Of a stretch of 64,000 bases of DNA, positions 1 to 9,195 are shown piece by piece; position 1 is the stretch's first letter, and the number at the start of each line of letters is the position of its first letter. The notes beneath the pieces are model-generated. The model did no database searches. It was not told where the DNA came from and was given only the letters and a program-made list of their open reading frames with translations. A program made the translations under genes and the position numbers. Source of the DNA: a candidate division WWE3 bacterium (GTDB taxonomy: Bacteria > Patescibacteriota > WWE3 > UBA101185 > UBA10185); assembly GCA_014729135.1 (NCBI GenBank), contig WJKK01000001.1, positions 455,599-519,598 on the forward strand, read 5' to 3'.

Positions 1-1
1 T

Positions 2-157
2 TTGCTTCTGGGAGTTTTTCTACAGGCAGTGCTTATTTGGTTTTTCCATGATTCCATTTTGCAAGTGGTAAATATTAACGTGCTGGTAACAGGACTGGTA
101 CTTTTAGGCTTGATTTTGTATTATAAGCTTATGAATTTTAAAAAGGATTTGTTTTAA
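2..157 (+). CDS. 3' end of an upstream membrane-protein gene (partial; hydrophobic C-terminus ...LVTGLVLLGLILYYKLMNFKKDLF)
   Basis: Frame is open from the window edge to TAA at 155-157. The stop abuts the ATG at 158, which looks like translational coupling. The tail is hydrophobic. Confidence 0.3.
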   Translation: MLLGVFLQAVLIWFFHDSILQVVNINVLVTGLVLLGLILYYKLMNFKKDLF

Positions 158-391
158 ATGGGCTTTTCTTTGTCTGGTGCAATTCGCGAACGCCGTGCTG
201 CTCAAGAGCAACGTGCTCGTGAGGAAGAGTTAAAAAGAATTGCTGCTGCAGGAGGTTTTTCTAAAGATGAGGCTCAGAAAAGACTCGATGCTCTTCCCGA
301 GGAGGAGGCGCGTGGATATGTACCTACAGGAGATATTGAGAAGCAGCAGAAGAAAGATAGGCAGGAACGTTCAGATCCTTTGTATAACTAG
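158..391 (+). CDS. small charged hypothetical protein (77 aa, E/R/K/Q-rich)
   Basis: ORF with an ATG directly after the upstream stop. No recognisable domain. Confidence 0.4.
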   Translation: MGFSLSGAIRERRAAQEQRAREEELKRIAAAGGFSKDEAQKRLDALPEEEARGYVPTGDIEKQQKKDRQERSDPLYN

Positions 392-420
392 TTAAGGCAA
401 GCTTTATCTTAGTAGAATTA

Positions 421-573
421 TTAGTTTTTACCTGCTTTTTGCTTGTTAGGTCTTTTTAATGCCTCTTCAATAGACGCTTTAACTTCGTCGAATTCCTCTT
501 CCAGATCTTCATAAGACTTTTTAAACTTAGGATCTTTAAGTTGTTTTTTTCTCCACTTTTTAAATGAAATCAT
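421..573 (-). CDS. candidate 50-aa small ORF (MISFKKWRKKQLKDPKFKKSYEDLEEEFDEVKASIEEALKRPNKQKAGKN), not in the ORF track
   Basis: Hand translation of the reverse complement of 421-573. ATG is preceded by GGAG. The charged helical peptide is reminiscent of the N-terminal segments of small antitoxin-like proteins. The region would otherwise be a 240-nt non-coding gap. Confidence 0.25.
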   Translation of the reverse strand: MISFKKWRKKQLKDPKFKKSYEDLEEEFDEVKASIEEALKRPNKQKAGKN

Positions 574-632
574 AACTCCATTATAACTCTCAAATACTGA
601 TGGATTATTAAATCTGCTAAAATGACCCCAGA

Positions 633-1433
633 ATGTTAGTTTCAGTAATCATTCCCACTTACAAAAAGGAAAAAACCATTGCAAAAAACATCGAGCGCAT
701 CCACAAGGTCATGCAAGAAACTCGTTGGGACTTTGAACTCATTATTGTAGACGACGGCTCTCCCGATAACACCTTTAAAGAAGCCAAAAAAGTAAAAAAG
801 AATAACGTTTCAATTGTGGGTTATAAGACAAATCGAGGCAAAGGCTATGCTGTTCGCTACGGCATGGCCCGTGCTAAAGGGGATTATGTGGCTTTTATAG
901 ATGACAGCATGGAAATTGATCCCAATGGAATTTCCATGGTTTTAGAGCACATGCAATGGTATGAAGCCGACATTATTGTAGGCAGCAAAAGGCACCCCGC
1001 TTCAAAAACTAATTTTTCATGGATTCGCCGTTTATACAGTTGGGGCTATCACTTAATTACAAAGTTTTTGTTTAGGGTGCCGGTTAAGGACACTCAAGCA
1101 GGTCTAAAGGTTTTTAAGCGTGAGGTTTTAGAACATGTTTTACCGCGTTTGGTGATTAAGCAATTTGCCTTTGATGTGGAGCTTCTGGCGGTTTCTAAGT
1201 ATTTAGGTTTTAGACGAATCTACGAAGCGCCTGTAAGCATCCATTTAAATGAATCCGACTCCACTTTTGATAAGTTTTTGTTTTTAAGTCCGCATATTAG
1301 AAAGATGCTTCTTGATACTTTAGCCGTTTTTTATCGGATGTACTTGTTGCGCTATTATCATCCGGATTCGAAGCAGTTGTGGGAGTACGACGAGGAGTTG
1401 CAGCTGCGAGTTAATACCGGTGAGCTGGAGTAA
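633..1433 (+). CDS. GT2 glycosyltransferase, DPM1/GtrB-like polyprenyl-phosphate hexose synthase
   Basis: N-terminal GT-A signature 'VSVIIPTYKKEKTIAKNI...ELIIVDDGSPDNT', with 'YVAFIDDS' as the DxD-like motif. The ~260 aa length and the C-terminal amphipathic segment match polyprenyl-P sugar synthases. Confidence 0.8.
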   Translation: MLVSVIIPTYKKEKTIAKNIERIHKVMQETRWDFELIIVDDGSPDNTFKEAKKVKKNNVSIVGYKTNRGKGYAVRYGMARAKGDYVAFIDDSMEIDPNGISMVLEHMQWYEADIIVGSKRHPASKTNFSWIRRLYSWGYHLITKFLFRVPVKDTQAGLKVFKREVLEHVLPRLVIKQFAFDVELLAVSKYLGFRRIYEAPVSIHLNESDSTFDKFLFLSPHIRKMLLDTLAVFYRMYLLRYYHPDSKQLWEYDEELQLRVNTGELE

Positions 1434-1479
1434 TTGATTGAGTTGCCGGCGCGTATGTGATTTACAGGGGAGTACGGCA

Positions 1480-1510
1480 CCGGCGAGCGTAGACGTTCTA
1501 CGCCCGCCGG
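1480..1510. other. GC-rich perfect/near-perfect hairpin (CCGGCGAGCGTAGA-cgt-TCTACGCCCGCCGG)
   Basis: 14-bp stem with one mismatch and a 3-nt loop. It sits in a local GC-rich patch (1440-1530) within an otherwise AT-rich genome. No U-tract follows. Confidence 0.45.
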
Positions 1511-1532
1511 CGATAAGTCCTAGTGCTGCCGG

Positions 1533-1864
1533 TTGGGAGGTGCTTTAGCTGCCCTTTCCCGGTTTATTCGCTCTTTTTTCTTTTCTGGGCGAGTGGGTCT
1601 TTTTTTTCGTAATTCTTTTTGCTTTTTCTTCCCTCGCTCGCTTTTTCATCTCTTCCCCTTTCTCGTTTTTTTCCAAGTCTTCTTTTTTTCCTTTGCTCGA
1701 CTATGTTTGTCGAACTCTTTACGCTGTTTTTCCTTTGCAGCATTATGTTCGGTTTCAGGGTCTTGGGGCATTTCCTCACCTCCTTTTTGTTAGGATGTCA
1801 ACTTGGGCGCATAATAACACAACCTCCCTTAAAAACGCCAAAAAATAAGCCCATAAAAATCTGA
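1533..1864. repeat. ~330-bp pyrimidine-rich (CT, + strand) low-complexity tract. The minus strand encodes K/R/E-rich peptides: a 71-aa GTG ORF at 1564-1779 and a 41-aa ATG ORF at 1646-1771 with a well-spaced GGAGG.
   Basis: Strong strand compositional skew, with runs of T and CTT/CTC. The minus strand reads AAAAAGGAGGTGAGGAAATG-CCCCAAGAC..., giving MPQDPETEHNAAKEKQRKEFDKHSRAKEKKKTWKKTRKGKR. Confidence 0.5.
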
Positions 1865-1868
1865 TAAA

Positions 1869-2894
1869 ATGCACCGGATGACATTTTTTAGCATAGTAAT
1901 TCCCGTTAGAACCATTAACGACTACATAAAAGAAAACATTACCCATCTTAAAAAACTTGATTATCCTTCATTTGAAGTTCTAATAATAACCGATAAAAAA
2001 GAGGATCCTCCAACAAACGACAAACGTTTTAAATTCATCTCAAGTGGTCCTGTAGGTCCCGGTGAAAAAAGAAATCTTGGGGTAAAAAAGGCTCTAGGAA
2101 GTGTTATAGCTTTTCTTGATGATGATGCTTACCCTAAATCCAATTGGCTAAGGGAAGCTGAGCGAATATTTCAGGCAAATCCTACGCTTTATGCCCTGGG
2201 AGCTCCCGCAATTACACCAAAAGATTGTCCGTTAAGAGAGCGCATGTCCGGTCGAATTTATGAGTCTTATTTAACAGGGGGTAATACAACTTATCGTTAT
2301 TTACCTCAACAACAAAGAAAAGTTAGTGACTACCCAACCGTAAATCTCTTTGTAAAAAAAGAAGCCTTTGAAAAAGTCGGTGGTTTTCCTATAGAGTTTT
2401 GGCCCGGTGAAGATACTAAGCTTTGTCTTGATCTTGTGAAACTTCATGGGGCACCTTTCTTGTATGATCCTGCTCCCATTGTTTATCATCATAGGCGCGA
2501 TGTGTTTTTAAAGCATTTAAAGCAAGTTTCTCGATATGGTCAGCATAGAGGACAGTTTGCTCGCATATTTCCTGAAACTTCCAGATTGCCGTTTTATTTT
2601 GTGCCCTCGCTTTTTATTTTAGGGCTGTTTTTCGGGCCTTTAACCTTTTTACTTCATCCAATTTTTAAATTCATTTATTTTTCGGTGGTTTTTATATATT
2701 TGGGTTTACTGCTCTTGGAATCTTTGAAAGTAGGCTTAATGGAGAAAGGTTTGAAAGCCTTTTTTTACATGGCTGTGGGAATTTTTCTAACGCACGTTGT
2801 TTATGGATGGAATTTTATTTGGGGTTATTTAAAGAAGCCTTCACTTAAGCTTAGATCAGTTGACTTAAAAACCGGAAATTATGTCGGCGGTTAG
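1869..2894 (+). CDS. GT2 glycosyltransferase with a C-terminal multi-TM domain
   Basis: 'FFSIVIPVRTINDYIKENITHL...EVLIITD' and 'IAFLDDDAYP' (DxD), followed by 3-4 predicted TM helices at the C-terminus. Confidence 0.8.
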   Translation: MHRMTFFSIVIPVRTINDYIKENITHLKKLDYPSFEVLIITDKKEDPPTNDKRFKFISSGPVGPGEKRNLGVKKALGSVIAFLDDDAYPKSNWLREAERIFQANPTLYALGAPAITPKDCPLRERMSGRIYESYLTGGNTTYRYLPQQQRKVSDYPTVNLFVKKEAFEKVGGFPIEFWPGEDTKLCLDLVKLHGAPFLYDPAPIVYHHRRDVFLKHLKQVSRYGQHRGQFARIFPETSRLPFYFVPSLFILGLFFGPLTFLLHPIFKFIYFSVVFIYLGLLLLESLKVGLMEKGLKAFFYMAVGIFLTHVVYGWNFIWGYLKKPSLKLRSVDLKTGNYVGG

Positions 2895-2942
2895 GTAATA
2901 CTGGTACTCGTTCTGAAAAATTAAAGTGGTAGAATAATTTGT

Positions 2943-4535
2943 ATGAAAGTTGCCATAGCCTATCCCCCAATAGAAACCAACAAGGGAGTCCCTCTACTAT
3001 CGCAAAACCGCCAGTTTCAATACTTTAATACACCCACCTACATCTATCCCATGGTTCCGGCATATGCAGCTTCCTTGGCACAAAAGCGTGGTCATGAAGT
3101 CATTTGGATGGATGGGATAGCTTCAGAGCAAACTTATGCTCAATGGCTAGAGCAGCTGGATCAAGAAAGTCCCGATGTTTTAGTTATTGAATCTAAGGCC
3201 CCTGTTATTCGAAAGCATTGGGAAATCATCAAAGAAGTTAAGCAAAAGCATCCCAAGATGATAACGATTTTGGTGGGCGATCATGTTACCTATGATCCTA
3301 AAGAGAGCATGGAAAATAGTGTTGTAGATATGATTATTAGAGGAGGGGATTTTGATTTTGTTTTGGCGGATTTATTGGATGCTATTTCTAGTCAAAATAA
3401 AGAGGCAAAGATCCCGGGAGGAGTATGGCTTCGAAAAGACAAATCATTTTTAGAAATTCCCAAGGAGCAAGGCAACTATGACGGCGAATTTTGGATTTCC
3501 GGGCCAATGGAAATGCACCACAACCTTGATAGTTTACCTTTTATTGATCGCGATCTAACTCAATGGAAGCTTTATGCCTATGAAAACGGTAATTTTAAGT
3601 ACAAACCGGGAACTTATGTTTATTCAGGACGTGATTGCTGGTGGGGAAAGTGCACTTTTTGTATTTGGAATCACAGCCTGTTTCCTCAAGGAACTTATCG
3701 GCACTTTTCTCCTCATCGCCTCTTTGATGAAGTTAAGCACCTGGTAGATAACTACAGAGTTCGCGAAATTTTCGATGATGCTGGCACTATGTTTGTGGGA
3801 GAGGATCTTAAGACCTTTTGCCGCCTGCTGATAGATTCCGGTTATAACAAAAAAGTGGTTTACAGCTGTAACATGCGTCTTAAAGCGCTGGACCAAGAGA
3901 CTTATGATCTAATGGGGGACGCAAACTTCCGCTATATTTTGTACGGTTTTGAATCAGGAAATCAGGAGACTTTGGATCGTATTGATAAGGGTCTGCAGGT
4001 AGAGGAAATTGAACAGGGTCTTCGAATGGCTAAAAATGCAGGTTTAGAGCCCCACATTACTATTATGGTAGGGTATCCGTGGGAAACGGAGGAGATGGCC
4101 CGTAACACTATTAATCTGGCTAAGGAGATGTTTAAAAAAGGTCTTGTAGACACAATGCAGGCAACAATCACGGTTCCTTATCCGGGAACTCCTTTGTACA
4201 AGGAGTGTGTGGAAAAGGATCTTTTGTTGGTGGATCCAAAGGATTATGAGAAGTTTGACATGCGGGGTCCTGTTATGAAGGTGCCTTTTGACGAGTCAAA
4301 GCTGCATGATTTAACGCAGGAGCTTTATACGGTTTTTATGACGCCAAAGTTTATTTTGCGAAAGGTTATGTCGATTCGTTCTTGGGATGATATTGCGTTT
4401 TTTATTATGGCAGGGCGAAAGTTAATGGGTCATTTGTTGGATTTTGATCGCAGCCAGGAAGAGGCTGTTAAAGATCACGCCGGTTTATGGAAAAAGGGCC
4501 TACGAAAGCTAATGGGGAAAAAGCAAAAAGCTTAA
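2943..4535 (+). CDS. B12-binding-domain radical SAM protein
   Basis: N-terminal Rossmann-like B12-binding-type region, then a radical-SAM cysteine triad 'DCWWGKCTFC' (Cx4Cx2C). The ~530 aa size matches this family. Confidence 0.8.
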   Translation: MKVAIAYPPIETNKGVPLLSQNRQFQYFNTPTYIYPMVPAYAASLAQKRGHEVIWMDGIASEQTYAQWLEQLDQESPDVLVIESKAPVIRKHWEIIKEVKQKHPKMITILVGDHVTYDPKESMENSVVDMIIRGGDFDFVLADLLDAISSQNKEAKIPGGVWLRKDKSFLEIPKEQGNYDGEFWISGPMEMHHNLDSLPFIDRDLTQWKLYAYENGNFKYKPGTYVYSGRDCWWGKCTFCIWNHSLFPQGTYRHFSPHRLFDEVKHLVDNYRVREIFDDAGTMFVGEDLKTFCRLLIDSGYNKKVVYSCNMRLKALDQETYDLMGDANFRYILYGFESGNQETLDRIDKGLQVEEIEQGLRMAKNAGLEPHITIMVGYPWETEEMARNTINLAKEMFKKGLVDTMQATITVPYPGTPLYKECVEKDLLLVDPKDYEKFDMRGPVMKVPFDESKLHDLTQELYTVFMTPKFILRKVMSIRSWDDIAFFIMAGRKLMGHLLDFDRSQEEAVKDHAGLWKKGLRKLMGKKQKA

Positions 4536-4541
4536 TATTTT

Positions 4542-5036
4542 GTGTTTTTAAATATGTCTTACCTTCTTTTTACTGAAATCCTTCACTTTTTGGGAGCTTT
4601 GGCTTTATTTTTACTCTTTCTCCGTTTTTACAAGTGGTATATAGCAGGATTTTCCTTTCTATTTGGTTTTCTAATAGATGTAGATCATCTTTTTGATTAC
4701 TTTTATTTTATGAAATTTTTTAATAGGGGCTTTAACTTACGGGATTTTCTTTCAGCACAGTCTGTTACAACCGGAAAAATTTTTATTCCTTTTCATGGAT
4801 GGGAATGGGTTGTCCTACTGCTTCTCTTAGCATTGCTTTTTAGGGCTCTTCTTAACAGTGGAACTTTAAAAAAGGACTTTTGGAAAATTTTGGCTCAGAT
4901 TCTTTTTGTTGCAGGTACTTCTTTATTTACACATATTTTAACGGATTACTTTACTAACGAGGTGGGTTTTGGGGCCTATTCTTTCTTTTGGCGTTGGAGC
5001 AATGGTTTCTATACATCTTTAATCTGTGGAAAGTAA
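4542..5036 (+). CDS. small polytopic membrane protein (possibly DUF457/YdjM-like membrane metal-dependent hydrolase)
   Basis: Four hydrophobic segments and a 'FLIDVDHLFDYF' Asp/His motif. The family assignment is tentative. Confidence 0.45.
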   Translation: MFLNMSYLLFTEILHFLGALALFLLFLRFYKWYIAGFSFLFGFLIDVDHLFDYFYFMKFFNRGFNLRDFLSAQSVTTGKIFIPFHGWEWVVLLLLLALLFRALLNSGTLKKDFWKILAQILFVAGTSLFTHILTDYFTNEVGFGAYSFFWRWSNGFYTSLICGK

Positions 5037-5110
5037 TTTTTACTTGACACAACAAGCAGAAGTGTCCTGAAAGTTTGGTAAAAGTGCAATTTTAATGCAA
5101 TAATGCTTCT

Positions 5111-6013
5111 ATGAGTGGAAATGAAATAGACTTTATAGGTATTGGAGGGTACCGCTGTGCTACTACCTGGATTTCTCGTTGTTTGCAAGAACATCCCGAT
5201 ATTTTATTTTCTGCTCAGAAATCTCAAAAGGAGCTTCACTTCTTTAATGATCAAATAATTTCCGGGCTTTATTACAAGAAAAACCCACGTTATGCAAAAG
5301 GACTAAAATGGTATTTAAAACAATTTCCTAAAGCAAAACCGGGGAAGTTGCGAGGGGAATATTCCGTTAGTTATCTTCCTGACAAAAAAGCTCCCCAAAG
5401 AATTAAAGAGGCATTCTCGAACGTAAAATTGATAGTTTCTTTAAGGAATCCTGTAGATGTTTTATATTCCGGATTTAAGTATTCTCGAGGCGGCATTTTA
5501 TCTGAGGTGGATGAATTTCCTTCAATTTTTGAGAAGGTCCTAGAGAGCAACGATTATCTGGATTTGGGGTTTTATAGTAACCATTTGAAGCGTTATTTTG
5601 ACTTATTTCCTCGAGAAGATGTATTTATAATTATTTATGAAGAAGATATTTTGGAAAAGCCTGCGGAAACGATACAGAATTTATATCGCTTTTTGGGGGT
5701 TGTGGATGATGTTATTCCTCCCACTCTAGAGCAGAGAATAAATAAGTCTTTCCAGGTAAAAATGCCCTATTTGAAGAAGCTAGGGGAAATTGTTTATACT
5801 TATTTGGGTGATTGGAGGATTCCTGTGCTTAACAAGACTATCTTTCAAACTCGGTTTTTTCGGGATCTCTATTCTTTGATAAATAAAAAAGACTCTGCTA
5901 TAGAGGCGATGCGTCCGGAGGTACGTAGCAAGTTAGAAAAGTTTTATCATAAGGATATATCCAGGCTGGAGAATCTCATAGGGCGTGATCTATCTTGTTG
6001 GAGGTCTGACTAG
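5111..6013 (+). CDS. sulfotransferase-family protein
   Basis: 'IGIGGYRCATTWISRCL' resembles the 5'-phosphosulfate-binding loop (PKxGTTW). 'SLRNPVDVLYSGF' resembles the 3'-phosphate-binding RDP motif. ~300 aa. Confidence 0.6.
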   Translation: MSGNEIDFIGIGGYRCATTWISRCLQEHPDILFSAQKSQKELHFFNDQIISGLYYKKNPRYAKGLKWYLKQFPKAKPGKLRGEYSVSYLPDKKAPQRIKEAFSNVKLIVSLRNPVDVLYSGFKYSRGGILSEVDEFPSIFEKVLESNDYLDLGFYSNHLKRYFDLFPREDVFIIIYEEDILEKPAETIQNLYRFLGVVDDVIPPTLEQRINKSFQVKMPYLKKLGEIVYTYLGDWRIPVLNKTIFQTRFFRDLYSLINKKDSAIEAMRPEVRSKLEKFYHKDISRLENLIGRDLSCWRSD

Positions 6014-6015
6014 AT

Positions 6016-7119
6016 ATGCGGGTTCTTTCTTTTATGAACTCCTATTCTTATGGCCTTTCCGGTAGTGATGTAGTTTTAATTCGCATAGCTCCGCAAGTTT
6101 TTAAGGATTTTAATCAAACTGTTATAACTTCAAGAATGGGGCGTCTTGTTTGTGAGAAAAATGATTTTACTCCAAATTTCATAGTTACAACCAAGGAAGA
6201 AAGGTTTAAAAGTATAATTTGGACTTATATTAAGAGGATTTTTCTTGCTTCCTTGAGCGTACTAAGGGAGCCTATTCCTAATATTTGTTTTGCTTCGTCT
6301 GATTTTTTGCCGGATGTTTTTCCCTGCTTTCTGCTCAAACTTAAAAATCCCGATACTTTATGGGTGCAGCACATTTATCATTCTATACCTAGGCAACGCG
6401 TAATTCCTTTTTTAGCTCAAAGAATAAGCTTTATTCTAATTCGTTTTCTAGCAGATAAAGTGGTTGTGGATAATAAAATTTTAAAGCAGGATCTTATTGA
6501 AATGGGTTTTAAGCCCTCCAGATTATATTTAAATTATCCGGGATTGGATTTTGAGAAGTTTGAAAATTTACCGGAACCCAAGAAAGAATATACCGCTTCT
6601 TTTATTGCCCAATTAAGGCGCTCTAAAGGTGTTTTAGATTTGCCGGAGATTTGGGCTCATGTTGTTAAAGACTTTCCCGATGCAAATTTAGCTATTATTG
6701 GAAGTGGTACTAAGGAACTTCTTGAGGAATTAAAACAAAGGATTCTATTTTTAGATTTGCAGGAGAATATAGATGTTTTAGGGTTCTTGCCTAATAAAGA
6801 GGCCTTTTCCATTATTAAGGATTCGGATGTTTTTGTCTTTCCCAGTTATGAGGAGGGTTTTGGGTTAGCTCCTTTAGAAGCACAGGCGTGTGGTACTCCG
6901 GTGGTGGCTCGGGATCTTCCGGTTTATGAGGAGATTTTCCCGGAGGGTATGGTTAAGGCTTCTTTGGGTGATTATAGGGGTTTTTGGCAGGCGGTTCTTG
7001 AGGTTCTGGTAGATCCAAGACTAGCTGATGATTTAGTTGAAGCATGTCATGTGAACTCCGCACTTTTTAGCTGGTCTAAAACCATTTCTCGAGAGAAGGA
7101 AATATTAGAACTGGCTTGA
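6016..7119 (+). CDS. GT4 (group-1) glycosyltransferase
   Basis: C-terminal 'FVFPSYEEGFGLAPLEAQACGTPVVARDLPVYEEI' (EX7E-type motif). Confidence 0.8.
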   Translation: MRVLSFMNSYSYGLSGSDVVLIRIAPQVFKDFNQTVITSRMGRLVCEKNDFTPNFIVTTKEERFKSIIWTYIKRIFLASLSVLREPIPNICFASSDFLPDVFPCFLLKLKNPDTLWVQHIYHSIPRQRVIPFLAQRISFILIRFLADKVVVDNKILKQDLIEMGFKPSRLYLNYPGLDFEKFENLPEPKKEYTASFIAQLRRSKGVLDLPEIWAHVVKDFPDANLAIIGSGTKELLEELKQRILFLDLQENIDVLGFLPNKEAFSIIKDSDVFVFPSYEEGFGLAPLEAQACGTPVVARDLPVYEEIFPEGMVKASLGDYRGFWQAVLEVLVDPRLADDLVEACHVNSALFSWSKTISREKEILELA

Positions 7120-7150
7120 TATAGTTAAGATAAATGGAGACAATAAACAT

Positions 7151-8173
7151 ATGAAATGGCCAAAAGTAACTATAGTAACCCCCACTTTAAATGCTGCTTC
7201 TGTAATGAAGGAGGAGTTAGAGTCAATAGCTAAACAGGATTATCCTAGAGATAAAATTGAAATTGTTGTTGCTGATGGAGGATCTACAGATAATACAAGG
7301 GAATTAGCTAAAGAATATGGTGCCAGAGTTGTTGATAATCCGTTAAAGACGGGCGAAGCAGGTAAGGCTGTTGGTGTTAGGGCGGCAACCGGGGATTTTA
7401 TTGCACTTATTGATTCGGATAACATTTTGCCCACCAAGAATTGGCTAAAGGAAATGATTAAGCCCTTGTTGGAAAATTCTGAAGCAGTTGGAAGCGAACC
7501 TTGGAAATACACATGGCGTGAAGAAGATAGCTTTATTACTCGTTATAGTGCCTTGATTGGTATGAATGATCCGTTTGTTCACTTTTTGGGTAACTACGAT
7601 CGGATGAACTCACTTACCGGAAAATGGACGGAAGTTCCTCATAAGGAAGAGGACAAAGGTGACTACTTGCTGGTAACCTTAGGCAACCGTGGAGTTCCTA
7701 CAATTGGGGCTAACGGGACGGTTTTTCGTGCTGAGTTCTTAAAACAAAACTTAACGGGAGATTACCTTTTTGACATAGACATTATCGCCAAGGCCATTAA
7801 AGAACAGGGGAGTGTTCAGTTTATAAAGACTAAAAATGGCATTATCCACACTTTTTGTGAAGCTAACATAGGTAAATTTGCTCGAAAGCAGAGAAGGCGC
7901 GTAAGAGATTTCTTGTATCACAAAGGAGTTAAGAAAGACCGCGAGTTTGATTGGGAGACCGGAAGTAACTTGGGAATGGTCAAGTTTTTGCTCTCTTGTG
8001 TAACGGTTGTGCCTTTGGTTGTGCAAGCGGTAAAGGGTTATAGCAAAAAGCCTGATTTAGCATGGCTTTTTCATCCTTTAGCCTGTGAAATTACACTTTG
8101 GGAGTATGGGTGGGGTACAGTTAGGAGTCTTTTCAATCGTAGTGAGTTGAGTAGGGAAGGTTGGGGGCAGTGA
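7151..8173 (+). CDS. GT2 glycosyltransferase
   Basis: 'VTIVTPTLNAASVMKEELESI...KIEIVVADGGSTDNT' and 'IALIDSDN'. Confidence 0.8.
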   Translation: MKWPKVTIVTPTLNAASVMKEELESIAKQDYPRDKIEIVVADGGSTDNTRELAKEYGARVVDNPLKTGEAGKAVGVRAATGDFIALIDSDNILPTKNWLKEMIKPLLENSEAVGSEPWKYTWREEDSFITRYSALIGMNDPFVHFLGNYDRMNSLTGKWTEVPHKEEDKGDYLLVTLGNRGVPTIGANGTVFRAEFLKQNLTGDYLFDIDIIAKAIKEQGSVQFIKTKNGIIHTFCEANIGKFARKQRRRVRDFLYHKGVKKDREFDWETGSNLGMVKFLLSCVTVVPLVVQAVKGYSKKPDLAWLFHPLACEITLWEYGWGTVRSLFNRSELSREGWGQ

Positions 8174-9195
8174 AAAGCCGGCCTATTTTTAGCATTCTAA
8201 TTCCCACATACAAAGGTGCAGAAGTTATTGGTGATACTCTGCGCAGTATATTGTCTCAAGATTTTCAAGACTTTGAAATTATTATTAATGAAGATTGTTC
8301 CGGAGATAATATTGAAGAAGTAGTTAAGTCTTTTGACGACTCCAGGATTAAATATTATGAAAACTACGAAAATTTGGGCTATCCAGGAAATCTTGAATCT
8401 GCTCGTAGGAAGGCTTCTGGTGAGTTTCTTTATTTAATGGGCCAGGATGATATTTTAGGGAAAGGCGCTCTGGAGGACACTTATGAAGCATTTCAACTTT
8501 CTGAGGATATTGGAGCGGTTACGCGGCCTTATTTCTGGTTTGATGAGGACATAAATAAGCCCGTCAGAGCAAAAGAGCAACTAAACCCAAGAGAAAATGA
8601 GGTAGTCACACTAGATGACTCTTTGGAACGAATAATAAAAATGTTTTCGACTTTAGACCAGCTTTCAGGTCTCGCTTACCGACGTGAGTTTGTTGATGTT
8701 CCTTTTCACCCGGATATTTTTCCCTGCCATGTTTATCCTTTTGCTTCAATTTTCAAAAGGCATCCGGTTGTTTTTTTAAGTGATTACAATATTGCAGTAA
8801 GAATAGCTACAAGTCAAACCCGCCATGTCTCTTCAATCTACGATAAATCGCCTATTCAAACTTGGGTAGATTTATTTAAGAATATCTATAATGAGGCTAG
8901 GTTTGTGGAGTTTAGAGAAAAGATGATTAGAGAATTTGTTGCAATTAATTATGTTGGTTTAATTCAAATTCGTAATTATGCTAAATACAAATATTTATTG
9001 AGAGAGATTTTTAAGCTAATAGAGTACCGCCCTAAGAACCTTTTCCATCCTGCCTTTTGGTTTTTTTCTTTTGGTACAATAGTCATGCCTCCAAAACTGT
9101 TAATTCCTTTGGTTGATTTTTATAAGAGTAGGGTGAATTCGAGGTTTCTTAAAAATATTAAGTTTGAATATGAATTGGCATGCTTAAATCAGTGA
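8161..9195 (+). CDS. GT2 glycosyltransferase (module A, paralog of 17538-18530)
   Basis: 'FSILIPTYKGAEVIGDTLRSI...EIIINEDCSGDN' and 'YLMGQDDIL'. Non-ATG start (TTG/GTG), overlapping the upstream gene. Confidence 0.75.
   Translation: MGAVKSRPIFSILIPTYKGAEVIGDTLRSILSQDFQDFEIIINEDCSGDNIEEVVKSFDDSRIKYYENYENLGYPGNLESARRKASGEFLYLMGQDDILGKGALEDTYEAFQLSEDIGAVTRPYFWFDEDINKPVRAKEQLNPRENEVVTLDDSLERIIKMFSTLDQLSGLAYRREFVDVPFHPDIFPCHVYPFASIFKRHPVVFLSDYNIAVRIATSQTRHVSSIYDKSPIQTWVDLFKNIYNEARFVEFREKMIREFVAINYVGLIQIRNYAKYKYLLREIFKLIEYRPKNLFHPAFWFFSFGTIVMPPKLLIPLVDFYKSRVNSRFLKNIKFEYELACLNQ

Noticed and set aside
1564-1779. 71-aa GTG-initiated basic ORF as a confident CDS
   Set aside because: The GTG abuts GGAGG with no spacer. 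An overlapping 41-aa ATG frame has better initiation context. Both are products of a low-complexity tract, so they are reported only as a finding rather than a firm gene.
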